Of a stretch of DNA of 42,236 nt, positions 8,836 to 17,408 are shown piece after piece (position 1 is the stretch's first letter; each line of letters starts with the position of its first letter). The DNA is taken from positions 1 to 42,236 of the IMG/VR virus record IMGVR_UViG_3300032320_002277; one strand, 5' to 3'. This DNA is from a virus (Duplodnaviria; Caudoviricetes). The translations under genes were made by a program, and so were the position numbers. Under the pieces are notes generated by a model that had not been told where the DNA came from, did no database searches, and was given only the letters and a program-made list of their open reading frames with translations.

Positions 8836-11454
8836 ATGAATTTTAAAGATTTCTTCACAGAAGAACAGATATTACATGAAATTTCTCAATCGCACGTTGA
8901 CAAATTACCGTCCAATGTTAAAGATTTGTTGACGGATAAGAAGTTACCTTTCAATTCTATTTTTGGTGATAAGTTGCGTATTGTAGAACCACTCAAAGGT
9001 GGTGCAGAGTATAAGGTCAATATCTCTAAGAATGTAGGGGATGGTTATGATATTGATTATGATCAATGGGTAGGGTATAAGATCGCTGATAAAGATAAGA
9101 AGAATCCGATACGTCTTGGTAAGATTTTAACTAAGAGAAAACAAGAAGTCGAAAAATGGGTAAAGGTCGCAGAAGATGAGGCATCTAAAAATGCATACCA
9201 AAAGATGGTTGATGATTTGGATAAATTGCTTAAAACCACTAATTTACAGAAACAAGTAACGGAGGCCGAAAAAACATCATTGTATGTAGTGTTGTCTAGA
9301 GCACCAATTGATGTAGTCCGTATGGGCGACATGAATTTTAAAAACTATTCATGTCATTCTCCGAAGGGTGAGTATTTTTATTGTGCATTAGCAGATGCAA
9401 TGATGAATGCAGGGGTTGCATATTTAATATCTGAAGAAGATTATCAAGCGGATGGATTGGATGATGATGAAAATCTTCAAGCAGAGGAGATATTTTTAGA
9501 CGACGAAAGATCAGTATCAGGATTAGAACCTTTGGCACGAATTCGTATTCGTTTGGTTTTAGATGAGGATGGTAATGAGTTAGCGGTTCCAACGACCAAA
9601 ATATATGCAAAATCAGGATATGAGTTTAATGATGATTTTAAACAGCATATGATTGCATGGGCACAGAGACAGAATGTTGAGAATTTTAAATGGGACTCGA
9701 CCTTGACCTTAAAAGGTGGTTCGTATGAGGATTATGATTATGATATTTCTAAACAAGTGCAGTTGATATGGGGTAAAGATATCAATTACAATGTCGGCGA
9801 TGACGATTCTGATTTTAGAGATGAATTGGAAGAAGAAAATGGTGAAGGCGAGGAGCAATTTTATGATGAAGTGGTGGATGAGGTGGATCGTGAAGAAGGT
9901 GGACAGGTTTTTGGAGAATTATTTGGGACTAGGGATTGGGAAGAGATGTCAGGTATAGATATAACCATTTCTCATAGAGGTGATATCTCTTTCAAATATG
10001 TCTTTCCAAAACAGCTTATAGAATTGATAGGTATAGATGTCATAAATTCTAAACTCGATGGCGAGCAAGGAGTTAGAATTGAAGGGTGGAGATTGAGTAG
10101 AGTATATGGTAATATTGCTATTTCAACTTCCGTGGAGGCCCCTAATATGTGGGAATTTGGCGAATATTATGGTAGAGATGACGGGGGTTATTTCGATTAT
10201 CGCGGGTATTTTAAAGCTTGTCGCAATTTAATCGAGGAGACACTAGATGATTTTGCACGATCAGGATACTCAGGTGAACAAAAAGAGATATGTTGGAACT
10301 ATAGATACAATTTCAATACCAAAATTTTAGATTTCTTCGGGATTAAAGATGAATTTGCTATGGTGGATACCGATTCGATCATAGAAGAATTTGCCGATGA
10401 AAATTTCGGAGACGAAGCACCTATTTTGTCGGAACACGAGTTGTATGGAATTAAAGATATAAATGTCGAAGGCGTTCATCTATCACCTGTTTCAAATAGC
10501 AGTTTCAATACTGCATTCGATGTGGTATTACCCGACACTGTTCGCCAAAAACTGAGAGCACAGCTTGATATTATTGATAATCACCTTTTCGAAAACATCA
10601 ATAAAAAATATCCAGATATTTTAATCAAAACCGATTTTACTCTTAAGACTTATTTAGAGTTACCTTCCAGTATACCTTCTAAAAGTGTTGAAAATATGGG
10701 AACCTTTTTGGTTCCATATGATGGGTCAACAACGAAGATTAAGGTGACATTAAAATCGAATATACGATATCCGCGAGTCACCGTGGCATTGACTTATGAC
10801 ACCGAGGCTGATTTGGAGGAACTGATCGATTCTAGAATGTTGGTTCCTGCATATAGGCTATTGAATGATGATTTACATGGTGACGGGGATGTCGATGCAT
10901 CACTGTTAGACATTCCTGCGCTTGAACGTAAATTACAAGCTAATGTTAATTATTCTAAGTTTGTCGGATTAAGACAGCAAGGGCAGATGGAATTAGATTT
11001 ATCTTCGATAAATAGGAATATGAGTGAAAATAAAACAGCTTTCGATAAAGTGTATGGCGATATATTATTAGAGTTAAATTTCGGTCGGGGTGGAATGTCT
11101 AACATGTCTGGAAACACCCAACAGCAATCCAATCCTGCTGCTGGAAATGTGGCAAATACACCTGTTCAAGGTGGTGTGGATATGAAGTTTGCAGGTAAAC
11201 CTAAATTTGCATCGACAACCCCAGGTGCATCTACTCAAGCTGCTGCCGCCGCTGCTAATACTCAACAACCTGGACTAGGAGCAAATGCTGTTACGAATCC
11301 TGCTACTGATCCACAAGAGATCGAGGAATTCACTAATCTTTTGTCTTCCAGACAACATAATCCGCAACAATTTAATCAAGCAACGCGAAAATTATCGCAA
11401 GACCCTGTTCGTTTCTCTCGTTTTGTGGATTTTATCACTCAGTCTATTAAATAA
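8836..11454 (+). CDS. Large acidic late protein, probably virion-associated; may contain a nested in-frame gene from 11020
   Basis: TAAATA at 8825-8830 then MNFKDFFTEEQILHE. An internal TAAATA (11009-11014) precedes an in-frame ATG at 11020. Confidence 0.8.
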   Translation: MNFKDFFTEEQILHEISQSHVDKLPSNVKDLLTDKKLPFNSIFGDKLRIVEPLKGGAEYKVNISKNVGDGYDIDYDQWVGYKIADKDKKNPIRLGKILTKRKQEVEKWVKVAEDEASKNAYQKMVDDLDKLLKTTNLQKQVTEAEKTSLYVVLSRAPIDVVRMGDMNFKNYSCHSPKGEYFYCALADAMMNAGVAYLISEEDYQADGLDDDENLQAEEIFLDDERSVSGLEPLARIRIRLVLDEDGNELAVPTTKIYAKSGYEFNDDFKQHMIAWAQRQNVENFKWDSTLTLKGGSYEDYDYDISKQVQLIWGKDINYNVGDDDSDFRDELEEENGEGEEQFYDEVVDEVDREEGGQVFGELFGTRDWEEMSGIDITISHRGDISFKYVFPKQLIELIGIDVINSKLDGEQGVRIEGWRLSRVYGNIAISTSVEAPNMWEFGEYYGRDDGGYFDYRGYFKACRNLIEETLDDFARSGYSGEQKEICWNYRYNFNTKILDFFGIKDEFAMVDTDSIIEEFADENFGDEAPILSEHELYGIKDINVEGVHLSPVSNSSFNTAFDVVLPDTVRQKLRAQLDIIDNHLFENINKKYPDILIKTDFTLKTYLELPSSIPSKSVENMGTFLVPYDGSTTKIKVTLKSNIRYPRVTVALTYDTEADLEELIDSRMLVPAYRLLNDDLHGDGDVDASLLDIPALERKLQANVNYSKFVGLRQQGQMELDLSSINRNMSENKTAFDKVYGDILLELNFGRGGMSNMSGNTQQQSNPAAGNVANTPVQGGVDMKFAGKPKFASTTPGASTQAAAAAANTQQPGLGANAVTNPATDPQEIEEFTNLLSSRQHNPQQFNQATRKLSQDPVRFSRFVDFITQSIK

Positions 11455-11460
11455 TTGAAT

Positions 11461-12159
11461 ATGAAATTTGACGATCTATATCTTACACTTCTTAAAGAGG
11501 CCCAAGGCGATAAAGAAGAAGATGATAGCCCTCCTCCAATTCCCGATGAACAAGGAGGCGGTGAAGATGCACCACCTTCCCCCGAAGGTGAAGGAGGTTT
11601 ACCAGAAGAAATGGATATCGATGCAATGGCCGATGAACAAGGTCAACCCGAAGAAAAGGTGAACCCAGAAGAGATCGAACTGGCCAAAGTTGCAGTTCGA
11701 GCACTATATTTCAATTTAGATGCAAAAGATGTCCATCAATACAAATTAAAAATCAAGGATGAAATTTATCCTTTCGAAAAAATACCTGATTACTTTGAAG
11801 AAACCAAACAGTGGAAGCCCGTCCTTGCATTTATCGAGCACATAATGGATAAATTTGAAGGAACAGCCTCAAGATGGGCAGAGACAGAAGAAATTAGCGG
11901 TAAACCTATTATTCAAAAAATAAAAATGATTAACCGAAATGTTCCCGAAGAAGAACAGCTAGATGATGCCCGTAGATTATACTGGGTTCGTATCATTCTG
12001 AACTGTATGCTATTCGGTAAAGCAACAGAAAATATCAATATAGGCGATGTGACAGAGAGAAATATTGAAGAGATTTTCAATTGGTTGAAGCTGCACTATG
12101 GCGTAGATACTCGTGGTATCACTCCAGGTAAAGATTATCAGTCACCAGGAGTCTTTTAA
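11461..12159 (+). CDS. Hypothetical late protein with acidic Pro/Gly-rich N-terminal linker
   Basis: TAAATA at 11448-11453; MKFDDLYLTLLKEA motif. Confidence 0.8.
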   Translation: MKFDDLYLTLLKEAQGDKEEDDSPPPIPDEQGGGEDAPPSPEGEGGLPEEMDIDAMADEQGQPEEKVNPEEIELAKVAVRALYFNLDAKDVHQYKLKIKDEIYPFEKIPDYFEETKQWKPVLAFIEHIMDKFEGTASRWAETEEISGKPIIQKIKMINRNVPEEEQLDDARRLYWVRIILNCMLFGKATENINIGDVTERNIEEIFNWLKLHYGVDTRGITPGKDYQSPGVF

Positions 12160-12168
12160 AGAAAAAAC

Positions 12169-12197
12169 TTGACATCGTCTTCACTAAGCGTTATTGT
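12169..12197 (+). promoter_or_regulatory. Sigma70-type promoter
   Basis: TTGACA-17 bp-TATTGT, A-tract upstream. Confidence 0.6.
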
Positions 12198-12214
12198 GAT
12201 GACATTAAAAATCT

Positions 12215-13513
12215 ATGAGTAATCCATCTATTCAGACAGAGGAAAAGTATTCTTATAATGAAAATACGAAGAAATACATTTTTCATTCCGGTGAAAAATT
12301 CGGTAAAAACATTGTTCTTGGCGACAAAAAAGTCAATTCGATTGTAGAGTTATATTCGAACTACGATAAGAGGCCATATACAATGGGAGAGATATCTCTT
12401 AAAATGGGTATCCCTAAAGTGGTCGTCGAGTTTATTGTTAAGGCATTAGGAGTTACCCACGATACCCTTCCTTTTACTAAAGAGAGAATTGATGCCGAAC
12501 CTGAAGATCATTTGGTAGATGAAATGTTGGATAATAAATCTTTCCAAATCAATCAGAAATTTGAAAAACTGGATTGGAAGAAAACACAGGAAGATGCACA
12601 GAAATGGCGCGAATTTAACCAATTATCTCTTAATCCTCTTGAGAGCTTCATCGGTGGTTGGACTCCACCGAAATACGTTCCGGTAAAAACTGTCAGTGTT
12701 AGTAATCATAAAAATTCCTCAGAAGAATTGATAGTCGGTTGTTCAGATTGGCACTATGGTCTATTTGCACATGAAAGATTCCTATATAATCAAAAGGAAT
12801 GGAATATCGATGAGACGGAAAAGGCCGTGGCACTATATGCACAGAAGTTGAAGAAATATATCTCATCACACTCTTTTAAGATAGTGAATGTATGTTTCAT
12901 GGGAGATTTGTCCCACACATTGACAGGTGAAACCGATAAGGGGACAAAGCTTGAGGCACATCCTATCGCTGAAGAACAGCTTGAAAGGGCATTCAACTCA
13001 ATGGTCGCATTTGTTAATGAACTTGTCACTGTCCATAATAACATTAATGTGTTTGCATGTTCAGGTAATCACTCTGCATTGGGTGATTATGTCTTAGTTA
13101 AGATGCTATCCCTCTACTTCAGAAATGACCCTCGTATTTCATTCACAGTTACAAACGAGAGATTCCTCACATTTAAAATCCATAAAAACCTATTCGTGGT
13201 AGAGCACGGATATAGTGCAGTTTCCAGGGACCGTCTCCCCGCCCCAGGTAAGGGAAGAGAAACATACGTTAACAATATCATTCTTGCCAAACCGAAAGAT
13301 TTAAATGGGACGGATAGAATTTATTATCTATCCGCAGATCAGCACCACTCAGAATCATACGAGATGACTAATTTTGAAGGATATATGTTCCCCACACTAG
13401 TTGGTGGATGTCGCCATGCAGATAATTCGGGATATAAATCTCGCCCACGCCAAACCTGTCTTAAAGTCGATGTCGATGGTGTTGAGGATGTGAAATACTT
13501 CTATTTTGATTGA
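12215..13513 (+). CDS. Calcineurin-like metallophosphoesterase with N-terminal HTH-like region
   Basis: SDWHYG, GDL, GNH, EHG, DQHH motifs; MGEISLKMGIPK resembles an HTH. Confidence 0.8.
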   Translation: MSNPSIQTEEKYSYNENTKKYIFHSGEKFGKNIVLGDKKVNSIVELYSNYDKRPYTMGEISLKMGIPKVVVEFIVKALGVTHDTLPFTKERIDAEPEDHLVDEMLDNKSFQINQKFEKLDWKKTQEDAQKWREFNQLSLNPLESFIGGWTPPKYVPVKTVSVSNHKNSSEELIVGCSDWHYGLFAHERFLYNQKEWNIDETEKAVALYAQKLKKYISSHSFKIVNVCFMGDLSHTLTGETDKGTKLEAHPIAEEQLERAFNSMVAFVNELVTVHNNINVFACSGNHSALGDYVLVKMLSLYFRNDPRISFTVTNERFLTFKIHKNLFVVEHGYSAVSRDRLPAPGKGRETYVNNIILAKPKDLNGTDRIYYLSADQHHSESYEMTNFEGYMFPTLVGGCRHADNSGYKSRPRQTCLKVDVDGVEDVKYFYFD

Positions 13514-13518
13514 ATTAT

Positions 13519-13683
13519 ATGAAAACGAATCAAGATATCGAAACAATAAAATACTTCTTTGAAAAATTCTTAAAGGAATATGATGATAAAAAGAACGAGA
13601 AGGCTTATCGAGCAATTCTGAAACAGATAGCTCTTTATATTGATGCCTATTTAATTTACTCTTTAGTGCGAGAGAATGCTTGA
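13519..13683 (+). CDS. Small hypothetical protein (54 aa)
   Basis: Manual translation MKTNQDIETIKYFFEKFLKEYDDKKNEKAYRAILKQIALYIDAYLIYSLVRENA*; below the ORF-track cutoff. Confidence 0.6.
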   Translation: MKTNQDIETIKYFFEKFLKEYDDKKNEKAYRAILKQIALYIDAYLIYSLVRENA

Positions 13684-13708
13684 CAAGCTGAATAAACTGT
13701 GTTATATT
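13680..13708 (+). promoter_or_regulatory. Sigma70-type promoter for the coiled-coil/vWA/PurA-like operon
   Basis: TTGACA-17 bp-TATATT with extended TGn; ATG at 13718. Confidence 0.8.
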
Positions 13709-13717
13709 AATATTGTT

Positions 13718-14065
13718 ATGAGTGATACAAACGAAAAAACAGTCGGGCTTTTTGCAGATTTGCTGAAGCGAAATAATACTAAAATCCGTGATGATCGAGC
13801 CGCCAGTATTATTGAGGACGCAGATATTCAGTTCAAGAGAACTGTTGAAGATATGCAACATGAATTGCGAAAATTGAATCGCGCCCGCGATAACATGCTT
13901 GATTTGTCTCCTACAAATGCTGACAGTCTTGTACTTGCAAGTGACTTTGATGGTAAGCAATTTGCGGATAAAGACATCGAACTTGGTGTTAAAATTCGTA
14001 ATATCGAAATTAAACTTCAAGTGGCAACGGAACGTTACGCGAAACTCTTCGGAAAGGCACTATAA
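13718..14065 (+). CDS. Coiled-coil hypothetical protein
   Basis: MSDTNEK start lies downstream of the promoter; helical heptad character. Confidence 0.75.
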   Translation: MSDTNEKTVGLFADLLKRNNTKIRDDRAASIIEDADIQFKRTVEDMQHELRKLNRARDNMLDLSPTNADSLVLASDFDGKQFADKDIELGVKIRNIEIKLQVATERYAKLFGKAL

Positions 14066-14069
14066 TTAT

Positions 14070-14972
14070 ATGGGATACACTGCATACTGCGTAGATAATC
14101 GCAATTTACGAATGTTCGTCAACTCTGCTGGGGTGAGCGTGAATGCTGTCTCTCACTATAATAGTGCATCGGTTGGAGATATCTTCACTCAAAATAAAGA
14201 ACGGAAGGCACACGAAACGATGCTCTCTCAAAATCTTAAGAAACGTGAATGTTTTGATTCCGAAACACACCCTAACACTGTTCCTATTATTTTGGGGCTT
14301 GATGTGACTGGTTCGATGGGTAAAATCCCTCATGAATTGATTAAGGATGGTCTTCCAACTTTAATGGGAACTTTGATTCAAAATGGAGTCGAAGATGCAT
14401 CTCTGATGTTTGTTGCCGTTGGCGACCATGAATGTGATCGTTACCCTCTGCAAGTCTCTCAGTTTGAGAGTGGGGACACCGAATTGGATATGTGGTTGAC
14501 ACGAACCTATATCGAAGGAGGTGGCGGGGGCAACAAAGGTGAGAGTTATCATCTTGTTTGGCAAGTTGCTGCAAATCACACGGTTACTGATGCATGGACG
14601 AAAAGAAACCAGAAAGGATTTCTAATCACCATTGGGGATGAGCCTGTTTTACGCAGTCTTCCAAAAAATGCTATCAAAGAGATTTTCAAAGATTCCGACG
14701 ATGCACAAGCAACTCTTTCGGTCGATGAAATCCTTGAAGCGGCCCAAGAAAAGTGGAACGTGTTTCATATTCATATCAATCATGGATACCGCTCGGAAGA
14801 TGCAGAGGCAGGATGGAAGCAACTATTAGGTGATCGTTGTAAAGTCACAACGGACTATAAATTGATACCACAGATTGTCTCCGAGATCATTCTCGGCTCC
14901 GATCTTCCAGTGGTCGAAAAAATGGATAAAGCTCAAAAAGTAACACCAACACCCGAAGAAGTTATACTTTAA
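14070..14972 (+). CDS. von Willebrand factor A (vWA) domain protein
   Basis: MIDAS-like LGLDVTGSMG, VGDHECD, GGGGGNKGESY, ITIGDEP. Start at 14070 (MGYTAY) avoids overlap; TAATG coupling to the next gene. Confidence 0.85.
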   Translation: MGYTAYCVDNRNLRMFVNSAGVSVNAVSHYNSASVGDIFTQNKERKAHETMLSQNLKKRECFDSETHPNTVPIILGLDVTGSMGKIPHELIKDGLPTLMGTLIQNGVEDASLMFVAVGDHECDRYPLQVSQFESGDTELDMWLTRTYIEGGGGGNKGESYHLVWQVAANHTVTDAWTKRNQKGFLITIGDEPVLRSLPKNAIKEIFKDSDDAQATLSVDEILEAAQEKWNVFHIHINHGYRSEDAEAGWKQLLGDRCKVTTDYKLIPQIVSEIILGSDLPVVEKMDKAQKVTPTPEEVIL

Positions 14973-16105
14973 TGAAAACAGATATTGTCCTTGGAACTTC
15001 CTGGGGCGATGAAGGGAAAGGGGTCGTTGTGGATAATCTCTGCAACGGCCCTTCTACTTTAGTCGTCAGGTTCAGCGGTGGCCCGCAATGCGGCCATTGC
15101 GTGATGCGCGATGGGAAAAAACATGTATTCTCTAATTTTGGATCGGGAACGATTCAAGGATCGAAAACATTTTTTATCGAACATACTACGGTTTTCCCTA
15201 GAACCTTTCTCAAGGAATATGAAATTCTTCAAGAGAAAGGAATAAATCCTCCTCGTGTATATATCCACCCTATGGCGCGAATTACGACAATTTACGATGT
15301 TGCATTTAACCGTGCCTCGGAGAATAGGTTTCGTCGCCATGGTTCGTGTGGTCTTGGAGTTGGGGCAACAATGAAGAGGAATGATGAAACTTGCTATAAT
15401 CTTTATGCGATTGATCTTAAACACCTTGAGATACATAAACGAAAATTGCAAGCTATCGGGGCATATTATGAAAATTTGGTCGAGAGTAAGTCGGAGGACT
15501 TTGCGGAAGAATATTGGGACCAATTACGTTCGTTAGGACTAACGGAAAAGCTTATAGATGAGGAAGTGAAGAGCTTTTTAGATAAGGTTTATATCGTGGA
15601 TATTCAGCACCCAAAATATGATCTTGGGATAGATAATGTTGTGTTTGAAGGTTCCCAAGGAATACAGCTTGATATGCACCATGGGGTGTTTCCAAATGTG
15701 ACATATGCAAATACTACATCGAAAAATGCAGTAGAATATCTAAAAAAATGGGAAAGCAGATTTACATCGATATACTATACCACTCGATGTTACGGGACTC
15801 GTCACGGTGAAGGGTGGATTCCTAACAATAACCCTGTTAAACTTATCAACAATGAAGAGGAGATAAATTTTTTCAATGAATATCAAAGAAATTTCAAAGT
15901 CTTCGAATTTGATCAGTCGATTGTAGAGCAATCGGTTGCAATCGATTCTATATATCATCGTGATCTGTTTGTCAGCAAGCATTTAGTGATAACATGTGTC
16001 GATCAAAGACCCGAATGGACTGTTCCTAAATTTGATACGAATTTCTTTAAAATCCACTTGAATAACTCTCCGAAGTGTGGTAATATGTCTATATATGGAA
16101 AATGA
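14972..16105 (+). CDS. Divergent adenylosuccinate synthetase-like protein
   Basis: WGDEGKG, VRFSGGPQCGH, HGSCGLGVG, FEGSQGIQLD, TYANTT, TRHGEG. 377 aa; lacks the canonical aspartate-binding TTGRxR loop. Confidence 0.85.
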   Translation: MKTDIVLGTSWGDEGKGVVVDNLCNGPSTLVVRFSGGPQCGHCVMRDGKKHVFSNFGSGTIQGSKTFFIEHTTVFPRTFLKEYEILQEKGINPPRVYIHPMARITTIYDVAFNRASENRFRRHGSCGLGVGATMKRNDETCYNLYAIDLKHLEIHKRKLQAIGAYYENLVESKSEDFAEEYWDQLRSLGLTEKLIDEEVKSFLDKVYIVDIQHPKYDLGIDNVVFEGSQGIQLDMHHGVFPNVTYANTTSKNAVEYLKKWESRFTSIYYTTRCYGTRHGEGWIPNNNPVKLINNEEEINFFNEYQRNFKVFEFDQSIVEQSVAIDSIYHRDLFVSKHLVITCVDQRPEWTVPKFDTNFFKIHLNNSPKCGNMSIYGK

Positions 16106-16655
16106 ACTGTTCGATGCCAATGATATTAATCAGAATAATTTGAAGACTCCAGAGGAGTTTGCTAAATTACAAAAATCATTGGATGAAAGGAATGACAAGC
16201 TTAAAGCCGATCTTCCTGAAGATGAACAAGCTAAATTCGAAGCGGTGCAAGCCGCATTGGATTTATTAGCAGAGGCTAATGTGCCATGTTTCTTATTGCC
16301 TATGTTACCTGATCTATTTCGATTCAATGAGATCGGTGATGATGCATCCAGAGTGGAAAAGTTGTTAAAATATCAAGTTTACCAATATAACAATTTTTCA
16401 TATTTTATGCAAAAAGTTGATGGAGAGAATTCATTCACTCCACAATCTAAGTTAAAAATGTGTTTCTTGAATCGTCAGTATATGACGGCATTCTTTTTTC
16501 ATCTTCGAAACACTATGATGCCCCCAGATGCTCAGATCGAATCTGTTCTTCCTACTCTTGTGTCATTATTTAATGAATCTGCACTTTGGTTCGGCAAAGG
16601 CGAAGTTCCAGAGGAAGTCCTAAAATTTATCGAAAAGTATAATATCAATGACTGA
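16095..16655 (+). CDS. Hypothetical protein
   Basis: ATG at 16095 (MENELFD); overlaps both neighbours in operon fashion. Confidence 0.75.
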   Translation: MENELFDANDINQNNLKTPEEFAKLQKSLDERNDKLKADLPEDEQAKFEAVQAALDLLAEANVPCFLLPMLPDLFRFNEIGDDASRVEKLLKYQVYQYNNFSYFMQKVDGENSFTPQSKLKMCFLNRQYMTAFFFHLRNTMMPPDAQIESVLPTLVSLFNESALWFGKGEVPEEVLKFIEKYNIND

Positions 16656-17319
16656 TTTACCTACATTATTTGCACGGACATCTAAGGGTGCAGTCCAACA
16701 GTGGACTATTCAAGTTGAAGGCTCTGCATATCGAACTGTTCATGGACAAGTTGATGGTAAACTTCAAACCACAGAGTGGATGATATGTTTCCCGAAGAAT
16801 CAGAAAAGATCAAATGCGACCACTGCCGAAGAACAAGCATCGAAAGAAGCAAGTGCTATTTGGCAGAAAAAGAAAGATAGTGGATATTTTGAAAATCTAT
16901 CTGATATAGATATCGAACTTTTCACTGAACCGATGCTTGCCGAATCTTTCGATAAAAGAGAGAAAGAGATAAGATATCCCGTATATAGCCAACCTAAATT
17001 GGACGGCTGTTTGCACGAAGATACAATTGTTAAAACATCTTTGGGTGATATTAAAATTAAAGATGTAAAAGTAGGTATGGATGTTTTTACATTCAACGAA
17101 ACTACTAACGAACAGGAATTAAAGCCTGTTATTGGGACGTACAAGAATGGTGTAGACGTTAATGAAACAAAAACAGAATGGTTTAAAATCACCTTTGAGA
17201 GTGGTAAAAACATTACACTCACTGGTAATCATCGTGTGTGGGTAGATAATCTCAAATGCTGGCGGCGAGTTGATGAACTCGATGGAACGGAAGAATTAAA
17301 ATTATTCCATCAAGTTTAG
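16648..17319 (+). CDS. ATP-dependent DNA ligase, N-terminal part (120 aa) fused to split-intein N-fragment (103 aa)
   Basis: EPMLA ... YSQPKLDG (motif I) followed directly by CLHEDTIV (intein block A, Cys1 at 17008) and LTGNH (block B TxxH). Confidence 0.93.
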   Translation: MTDLPTLFARTSKGAVQQWTIQVEGSAYRTVHGQVDGKLQTTEWMICFPKNQKRSNATTAEEQASKEASAIWQKKKDSGYFENLSDIDIELFTEPMLAESFDKREKEIRYPVYSQPKLDGCLHEDTIVKTSLGDIKIKDVKVGMDVFTFNETTNEQELKPVIGTYKNGVDVNETKTEWFKITFESGKNITLTGNHRVWVDNLKCWRRVDELDGTEELKLFHQV

Positions 17320-17408
17320 GTTATAATGTGGAGGTTGTATGGGATGATGAAATTACATCAAAGAGAATTCAAGAAATTTTAAACAAATATGAAAATCAAG
17401 AGCATTAA
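17313..17408 (+). pseudogene. C-terminal remnant of a Vsr/DUF559/EDxHD-type homing endonuclease
   Basis: An alternative frame reads SLGYNVEVVWDDEITSKRIQEILNKYENQEH*, matching the GYxVxxxW(E/D)xE tail of this family; no start codon or catalytic core remains. Confidence 0.6.

Noticed and set aside
13397-14020. 207-aa minus-strand ORF, and similar antisense ORFs such as 644..1009, 15059..15523, 16800..17222 and those within 38769..41396
   Set aside because: Shadow frames opposite well-supported genes, with no motifs or expression signals.
13899-14069. N-terminal extensions in the ORF track (vWA from 13899; also 7537, 8809, 13676, 6108, 35846)
   Set aside because: They overlap neighbouring genes or promoters; downstream ATGs fit the promoter spacing and coupling pattern better.
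14972-16105. PurZ and a 2-aminoadenine (Z) genome
   Set aside because: It retains Asp in GDEGKG where PurZ has Ser, and no DatZ/MazZ-like neighbours are visible.
17317-17388. Amber read-through or TAG recoding joining the two same-frame ligase ORFs into one cis-intein gene
   Set aside because: A second in-frame stop (TAA 17380-17382) lies in the gap, TAG ends other genes normally (24175, 24507, 33432, 36650), and long ORFs are intact in the standard code.
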